DNA of 64,000 nucleotides from an uncultured Pseudomonadota bacterium (GTDB lineage Bacteria; Pseudomonadota; Alphaproteobacteria; Rs-D84): NCBI GenBank assembly GCA_902798205.1, contig CADBVV010000007.1, positions 6,852 to 70,851 of the forward strand, read 5' to 3'. Shown piece by piece: positions 58,555 to 64,000 of this stretch (position 1 is its first letter; each line of letters starts with the position of its first letter). The notes under the pieces were generated by a model. It saw only the letters and a program-made list of their open reading frames with translations, ran no database searches and was not told where the DNA came from. The position numbers and the translations under genes were made by a program.

Positions 58555-59415
58555 TTAACCTTTTATTTCCTTTTCTATCTGTTTCAACATTTTAATTTGA
58601 TATTCTGTAGAATTTAATAATTTTTCAGCATTCATACCCAAAATTTCAGCCAATTCAGATATAAACCATTGTTTACCATATTTTGTAAAAGCATACAATT
58701 CTAATAATTTTTGAACAGCTTGTTTCCTTGATAATTTATATTTTACACGAATATGTTCTGCGACTGCACGCGACCATAAATAAGATGATATATACGATGC
58801 CTGGAACGAACAGGTTTTACCAGAAACTTTGTCAGAAAACACAACCGATTCCAATAATTCATTTGCAGTATATATCTTACCCAATTCAGACATCGCGATA
58901 CAATGTTCTGGAACTTTTCTTTCATATTCCAGCGCATACCAAGGAATCAATTCTGCGAAACCTTCGCTGAATATTTGCGGACAGAATCTAAATTGATGTT
59001 GTATCAAGTGCGCGTATTCGTGTATTCGATTTACATGTTTTGCGACACTTGTTTTACCATTATCCAATAATAAATTCTGACTGGTTCCATATGCACTGTT
59101 AAAACCGTCCATATCATAAGAAGCGACTGGTCGTCCACCGCCTTTTGTGTTTTTATATGGATAATCCAATAATTCAACAAACTTATCATCAGGGACAATA
59201 TACATATAAAACACAGGTACTGCATTTGCAGGATATTTTATATTTAACGATTTTAATTCACGAATACACTTTTTATGTTCTTTCAACACAGAATCATACA
59301 AACCTGCATCAAAATTTTTGACTATGGTTTTAGACATACGCACACGAAAACTATTACTGATTATTCGTAATTCAGATTTATTAATATATTCGCGTAATGC
59401 GTCATGCGGTTTCAT
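58555..59415 (-). CDS. Putative zinc metallopeptidase (HExxH...E, gluzincin-like)
   Basis: HEYAH followed by FSEGFAE; start set at ATG 59415. Confidence 0.6.
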   Translation of the reverse strand: MKPHDALREYINKSELRIISNSFRVRMSKTIVKNFDAGLYDSVLKEHKKCIRELKSLNIKYPANAVPVFYMYIVPDDKFVELLDYPYKNTKGGGRPVASYDMDGFNSAYGTSQNLLLDNGKTSVAKHVNRIHEYAHLIQHQFRFCPQIFSEGFAELIPWYALEYERKVPEHCIAMSELGKIYTANELLESVVFSDKVSGKTCSFQASYISSYLWSRAVAEHIRVKYKLSRKQAVQKLLELYAFTKYGKQWFISELAEILGMNAEKLLNSTEYQIKMLKQIEKEIKG

Positions 59416-59419
59416 ACGA

Positions 59420-62400
59420 TTACCCTTCCCCGTTGTCTTTATTTTTTTGAACAGTGAAATTTGCAATATGTTCTTTCAATTCTGTTTTATATAAATTGTT
59501 CGCTTTGGCTTCTTCGACCAATTTATCAAAATTAGGATTTACAGAACGCGCCAATGCAAATCGTGTTTCAGATTTCATAAATTCTTCCAGCGGGAACGGT
59601 GTTGTGACTTTTGAATCCAAAGTCAAAGGATTCAAACCATTTTCAATATTCGCAGGATTAAATCTGTATAACGGCCATGCGCCTGTATTCACCAAATTGA
59701 TTTGATGTTCGACACCATTTTGCAGGGCAAATCCATGCGCAATACATGGTGCATACGCCAAAATAATTGACGGACCATTGAACGCTTCCGCTTCACGGAA
59801 CGCACGCACAGCCTGTGCTTGATTTGCACCGATTGCAATTTGTGCAACATATGCGCCCGACATCATAGCGATTAATCCCAAATCTTTTTTCGCGTGTTCT
59901 TTGCCCCCAATCGCAAATTTCATAGATGCGCCAAATGGCGTAGATTTAGATTGTTGACCACCAGTGTTTGAATATCCTTCGGTATCCAAAACCAATATAT
60001 TTACATTTTCACCGCTGTGTAAAATATGATCAACACCACCGTATCCAATATCATATGCCCAACCATCACCACCAACAATCCATACAGATTTATCAACAAT
60101 TGCATCTAATAATCCCATTGCATATTTTGCACGTGGATTATCCATATTTGACAATTGAACACGCAAACTGTTTTGTAATTCGCGTTGATTTTCGGTGCCA
60201 TTTGTATTCATTATTTGTTCGACATTTTCAAAGCCCAATTCAAAAAGAACAGATCGCAATGCAGATTTTCTTTGATTTAATGCAACACGCATCCCCAGTC
60301 CGTATTCCGCATTATCTTCAAACAATGAATTTGACCATGCCGGACCACGACCATTTTTATCGTTGCACCATGGTGTAGTTGGCAAATTTCCACCATAAAT
60401 AGACGAACAACCTGTTGCATTGGCAACAACCATTTTATCGCCAAACAAATGTGCCATTAAACGAACATATGGTGTTTCACCACACCCAGCGCACGCACCA
60501 GGAAATTCAAAATAATGTGGCAACAATTCAATATGTTTTGGAATATTCAAATTCAATTTTTGTTTATCAAAATCTGGGATATTTAATGCAGCATCAAATA
60601 TCTTTTGATTTTTCACAGCTTCAATCATTGGTATCAAAGACAAAGCCCCAACCGGACAATTCTTCATACACAAACCGCACCCTGTACAATCAGATGGTGA
60701 AATATTTAATGTATAAAATAACCCCGCACCCAATTCTGGTGTTTTCATTGGGACAACAGTTATACCGTTTGCACGCGCCGCTTCCATTTCATTTTGTCCC
60801 ATAACACGGATGCGAATCGCACCATGTGGACAAAGCATTGAACATTTTCCGCATTGAATACATTTATCTAAATCACATACCGCGGCACGCGTTGCCAATG
60901 CACGCTTTTCATATTTTGATGTTCCCACAGGATATTGTCCGCCACCAAATGCACCATCTATCTTGAAACGCGAAACCGGAATATCATCACCACGCCCAGC
61001 CGCCATTTCACCCAAAGTGCCAGCAATTTCAGATGGTGTGTTTTCTGTCATCGCAGGTATAAAGTCAGGCGCCAAATCAGAAATACTGGATGGCAAATTA
61101 TATTTTTTCAAATAAGATTCTGCCTTGTCAACCGCAGCCCAATTTGCATGAACTACATCCATACCTTTCTTTTTATAAGTTTTTTCAATCGCAACCTTGG
61201 CCGCATCTTTTGCTGTATCAGGGCTTATAACTTTTGTTAAGTTAAAGAAATTCAACATAATAAATGTGTTGATTCGATTACCCAACCCCAATTCATTTGC
61301 CGCGGCATTCGCATCCAAGAAATAAACATTTGCATGCATACGTATCAAATGTTCTTGGGCATCGCGTGGCAAATTCATAAAGGCTTCATCCGGTGCCAAA
61401 GAAGTGTTTATCATAACAGTGCCGCCGGCACGCAATGATGCGAATACATCAAATCTTTGCGCAATCATAAAATTAGAAACACAAATGAAATCAGCACTTT
61501 CAACCAAATATTCACTTTTAATTGGGTTTGGTGAAAAACGAATATGAGATTGTGTTATACCACCAGATTTTTTCGAATCATAAACAGCATAAGATTGTGG
61601 GTAAAGTTCTGAATTTTCACCAACAATTTTTACAATATTTTTAACCGCGCCAACTGTTCCGTCACTGCCGATTCCGTAAAGTATCGCTGTTTTTACATCT
61701 GGGTTTTCAATAGTAAAAGTTTTATCTGTATTTAATGATAAATGGGTTAAATCATCTTCGATTCCAACAGTGAAATTATGATGTAAATTACCCTGCATCA
61801 TGTATTCAACAATCGCCTTTACATCACGTGGTTTAAATTCTTTTGATCCCAAACCATAGCGACCACCAAAGACTTTTATTTTTGAATCAACAATACTGCG
61901 CACATTTTGATAAAGCGGTTCACCAATAGAGCCCGCCTCTTTCGTTCTGTCCAATACAGCAATCTGTTCAACACTTTCTGGCAAAGCTTTCAAGAAGGCA
62001 TCAACAGGGAAAGGATTGAACAAATGAACACGAATTAAACCAATACCGCGTGGTAAATACGGCAAAGTTTCTTCTATTGTTTCACAACTTGATCCCATCG
62101 AAACAATTACATATTTGGCATTTTTATCACCAATGTAATCGACAACATTATATTTGCGTCCTGTCAAACGTGCAAATTTATCCATTTCATTTTGCACGAT
62201 TTCTGGCAACGCATCATAAAGTGGATTAGCGGCTTCGCGTCCCTGGAAATAAACATCTGGATTTTGCGCAGTTCCGCGAATCGTTGGATTATCTGGCGAC
62301 ATACCACGTTTTCTGTTTGCAGAAACCAAATCATCTGGCAACATTTCATGCAAGACATCATCATCTATTCTTTCCAGCGCAGATTCTTCATGACTGGTTC

Positions 62401-62917
62401 TGAAACCATCAAAGAAATGCAAAAATGGAACACGGCTTTTTAATGTTGATGCATGTGCGATTGCCGCCATATCATGTGCCGATTGAACATTATGTGATGA
62501 CAATAATGCAAAGCCCGTATTACGCACAGCCATAACATCACCATGATCACCAAAAATAGACAATGCATGTGTTGCCAATGCACGTGCCGCAACATGCATA
62601 ACGAACGGTGTCTGTTCGCCGGCTATTTTGTACATATTTGGAATCATTAATAATAAACCCTGGGACGCAGTAAAAGTTGTCGCCAAAGCCCCCATTTGCA
62701 ATGCACCGTGCAAAGCCCCCGCCGCACCAGCTTCAGATTGCATTTCGATTATTTCAGGAACAACGCCCCAAATATTTTTTTTATGCTGAAACGACCATTC
62801 ATCAGATAATTCACCCATGGTGCTGCTTGGTGTGATTGGATAAATCGCCGCACAATCAACACAACGATACGCAACATCCGCCGCAGCCCAATTTCCATCA
62901 ACAATAAATTTTGACAT
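59420..62917 (-). CDS. nifJ: Pyruvate:ferredoxin (flavodoxin) oxidoreductase
   Basis: YPITPS, MQSEAGAAG, two ferredoxin CxxCxxC motifs, ACAGCGE, ATGCSSIYGG, GGDGWAYDIG. Confidence 0.97.
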   Translation of the reverse strand: MSKFIVDGNWAAADVAYRCVDCAAIYPITPSSTMGELSDEWSFQHKKNIWGVVPEIIEMQSEAGAAGALHGALQMGALATTFTASQGLLLMIPNMYKIAGEQTPFVMHVAARALATHALSIFGDHGDVMAVRNTGFALLSSHNVQSAHDMAAIAHASTLKSRVPFLHFFDGFRTSHEESALERIDDDVLHEMLPDDLVSANRKRGMSPDNPTIRGTAQNPDVYFQGREAANPLYDALPEIVQNEMDKFARLTGRKYNVVDYIGDKNAKYVIVSMGSSCETIEETLPYLPRGIGLIRVHLFNPFPVDAFLKALPESVEQIAVLDRTKEAGSIGEPLYQNVRSIVDSKIKVFGGRYGLGSKEFKPRDVKAIVEYMMQGNLHHNFTVGIEDDLTHLSLNTDKTFTIENPDVKTAILYGIGSDGTVGAVKNIVKIVGENSELYPQSYAVYDSKKSGGITQSHIRFSPNPIKSEYLVESADFICVSNFMIAQRFDVFASLRAGGTVMINTSLAPDEAFMNLPRDAQEHLIRMHANVYFLDANAAANELGLGNRINTFIMLNFFNLTKVISPDTAKDAAKVAIEKTYKKKGMDVVHANWAAVDKAESYLKKYNLPSSISDLAPDFIPAMTENTPSEIAGTLGEMAAGRGDDIPVSRFKIDGAFGGGQYPVGTSKYEKRALATRAAVCDLDKCIQCGKCSMLCPHGAIRIRVMGQNEMEAARANGITVVPMKTPELGAGLFYTLNISPSDCTGCGLCMKNCPVGALSLIPMIEAVKNQKIFDAALNIPDFDKQKLNLNIPKHIELLPHYFEFPGACAGCGETPYVRLMAHLFGDKMVVANATGCSSIYGGNLPTTPWCNDKNGRGPAWSNSLFEDNAEYGLGMRVALNQRKSALRSVLFELGFENVEQIMNTNGTENQRELQNSLRVQLSNMDNPRAKYAMGLLDAIVDKSVWIVGGDGWAYDIGYGGVDHILHSGENVNILVLDTEGYSNTGGQQSKSTPFGASMKFAIGGKEHAKKDLGLIAMMSGAYVAQIAIGANQAQAVRAFREAEAFNGPSIILAYAPCIAHGFALQNGVEHQINLVNTGAWPLYRFNPANIENGLNPLTLDSKVTTPFPLEEFMKSETRFALARSVNPNFDKLVEEAKANNLYKTELKEHIANFTVQKNKDNGEG

Positions 62918-63076
62918 TTTTAATCCTGTTCCTTACTAAATAAATATCCACAGAAATATTACTGTTTTTAAAAAATTAAGGCAAGATTATTATTAAAAAA
63001 ATTGAAAATATTTGACAATATTCCTATTCATCGTTTAATATCTATCACGAACACAAAAAATGGAGATTATTTTCAC

Positions 63077-63628
63077 ATGTTAAGAAAAATACTGTGTATT
63101 GGGATTTTGTTCTCTGTGGTCACCATGCAAACAAATAAAGCCGATGCATTTGGCGGACCATTTTCATCATGGGACAAGGCCGGTGACATGACATTAGTTA
63201 TGGCGCCAGCATATGCATTAGGTCTTTCAATCATGGCACATGATTACAAAGGAACATTACAATTGGTTGAATCTGTCGCAGCCGCTCAGATTGCAAGCGA
63301 AGGAATAAAAGCATTAAAATTAGAAGAACGTCCAAACGGCAAAGATAAAAAATCCCTGCCAAGTGGTCATGCCGCCGGCGCTTTTTCGGCCGCAATGTTT
63401 GTCCATAAAAGATACGGATGGAGATATGCCATTGCACCATATGCATTAAGTTTATTTACTGGCTATTCTCGTGTTCGTGCCCAGGCACACTATTGGCATG
63501 ACGTTGCAGCAGGTGCTGCGGTTTCTGCATTATTTACATGGCTTTTGGTTGATGATTACTTACCAGACGGTGCAACGATAACTGTTCAACCAGACGGTGC
63601 CCGTGTTGGATTTAATACAACATTTTAA
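63077..63628 (+). CDS. PAP2-family phosphatase (LpxE-like)
   Basis: RP, SLPSGH, SRVRAQAHYWHDV PAP2 motifs; signal peptide. Confidence 0.85.
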   Translation: MLRKILCIGILFSVVTMQTNKADAFGGPFSSWDKAGDMTLVMAPAYALGLSIMAHDYKGTLQLVESVAAAQIASEGIKALKLEERPNGKDKKSLPSGHAAGAFSAAMFVHKRYGWRYAIAPYALSLFTGYSRVRAQAHYWHDVAAGAAVSALFTWLLVDDYLPDGATITVQPDGARVGFNTTF

Positions 63629-63646
63629 GTTTAAAAATATATAAAT

Positions 63647-63675
63647 AAAAATCGGGGCAAACGCCCCGTTTTTTT
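63647..63675 (+). terminator. Intrinsic terminator
   Basis: cggggc-aaac-gccccg followed by a T run. Confidence 0.8.
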
Positions 63676-63812
63676 GTTTGTTTATCATATTACTTTGTAT
63701 CAAAACATCGACAACTTTATAAAATTAAGATAAAGTTATTTTATAAAAAACATTGGACAAATTGTAGATTTTGTATTAAATATATACACATAGTGCAATA
63801 AAAGGATAAAAA

Positions 63813-64000
63813 ATGTCTAGAATGTCTAGCGATGGTTTAGGTGATTTTTTGTTGGGAATGATGGTGATAGGAATACCTCTTTTATATATTAGCATATCCC
63901 CTATCGTCGATAGTAAAAAATATGCAAAAAAACAAACTGAAATCGCATCGAATTTTGCGCACTATAACGCGGTAAATTCTGTTGATACAATCAATTTTGA
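63813..64000 (+). CDS. Hypothetical membrane protein (partial, runs off the window)
   Basis: AAAGGA RBS, then MSRMSSDGLGDFLLGMMVIGIPLLYISIS..., open to the window end. Confidence 0.5.
   Translation, partial: MSRMSSDGLGDFLLGMMVIGIPLLYISISPIVDSKKYAKKQTEIASNFAHYNAVNSVDTINF

Noticed and set aside
104-63446. Numerous 60-190 aa ORFs antisense to, or nested in, recognised genes
   Set aside because: They are shadow frames of well-supported genes, with no RBS or motifs and atypical composition.
1-64000. CRISPR array, transposase, integrase or integron cassettes
   Set aside because: No regularly spaced repeats, DDE/HUH/tyrosine recombinase motifs or attC-like sites were recognised.

Overview
AT-rich bacterial chromosome segment with an alphaproteobacterial core: recO, ppiD-like, tpiA-grpE, rpsF-rpsR-rplI, rho, lptC-lptB-eno, tilS-ftsH, groES-groEL, ssb, CarD/CdnL, bamE, tRNA-Pro and tRNA-Gln. 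It is interleaved with gut-anaerobe-type genes (secreted choloylglycine hydrolase, argC-argJ-argB/D, DUF1015, PFOR). I infer a small-genome gut alphaproteobacterium, possibly of the Rs-D84 / Ca. Enterousia type; this is not verified. No CRISPR array, integrase or transposase was seen. The most unusual observations are: (1) a non-coding element downstream of both tRNA genes, with an identical 29-nt core but arms copied from whichever tRNA it follows (one inverted copy, one direct copy); (2) an ankyrin + catalytically dead subtilase + beta-barrel protein divergent from a four-gene operon of secreted proteins, mostly cysteine-rich and two with glycine-zipper-like segments, with related genes elsewhere in the window; (3) an orphan overlapping Rz/Rz1-like spanin pair whose lipoprotein gene is missing from the ORF track; (4) an ArgB-ArgD fusion; (5) a kinase-fold orphan gene. 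All gene assignments come from motif recognition only; no database searches were run.
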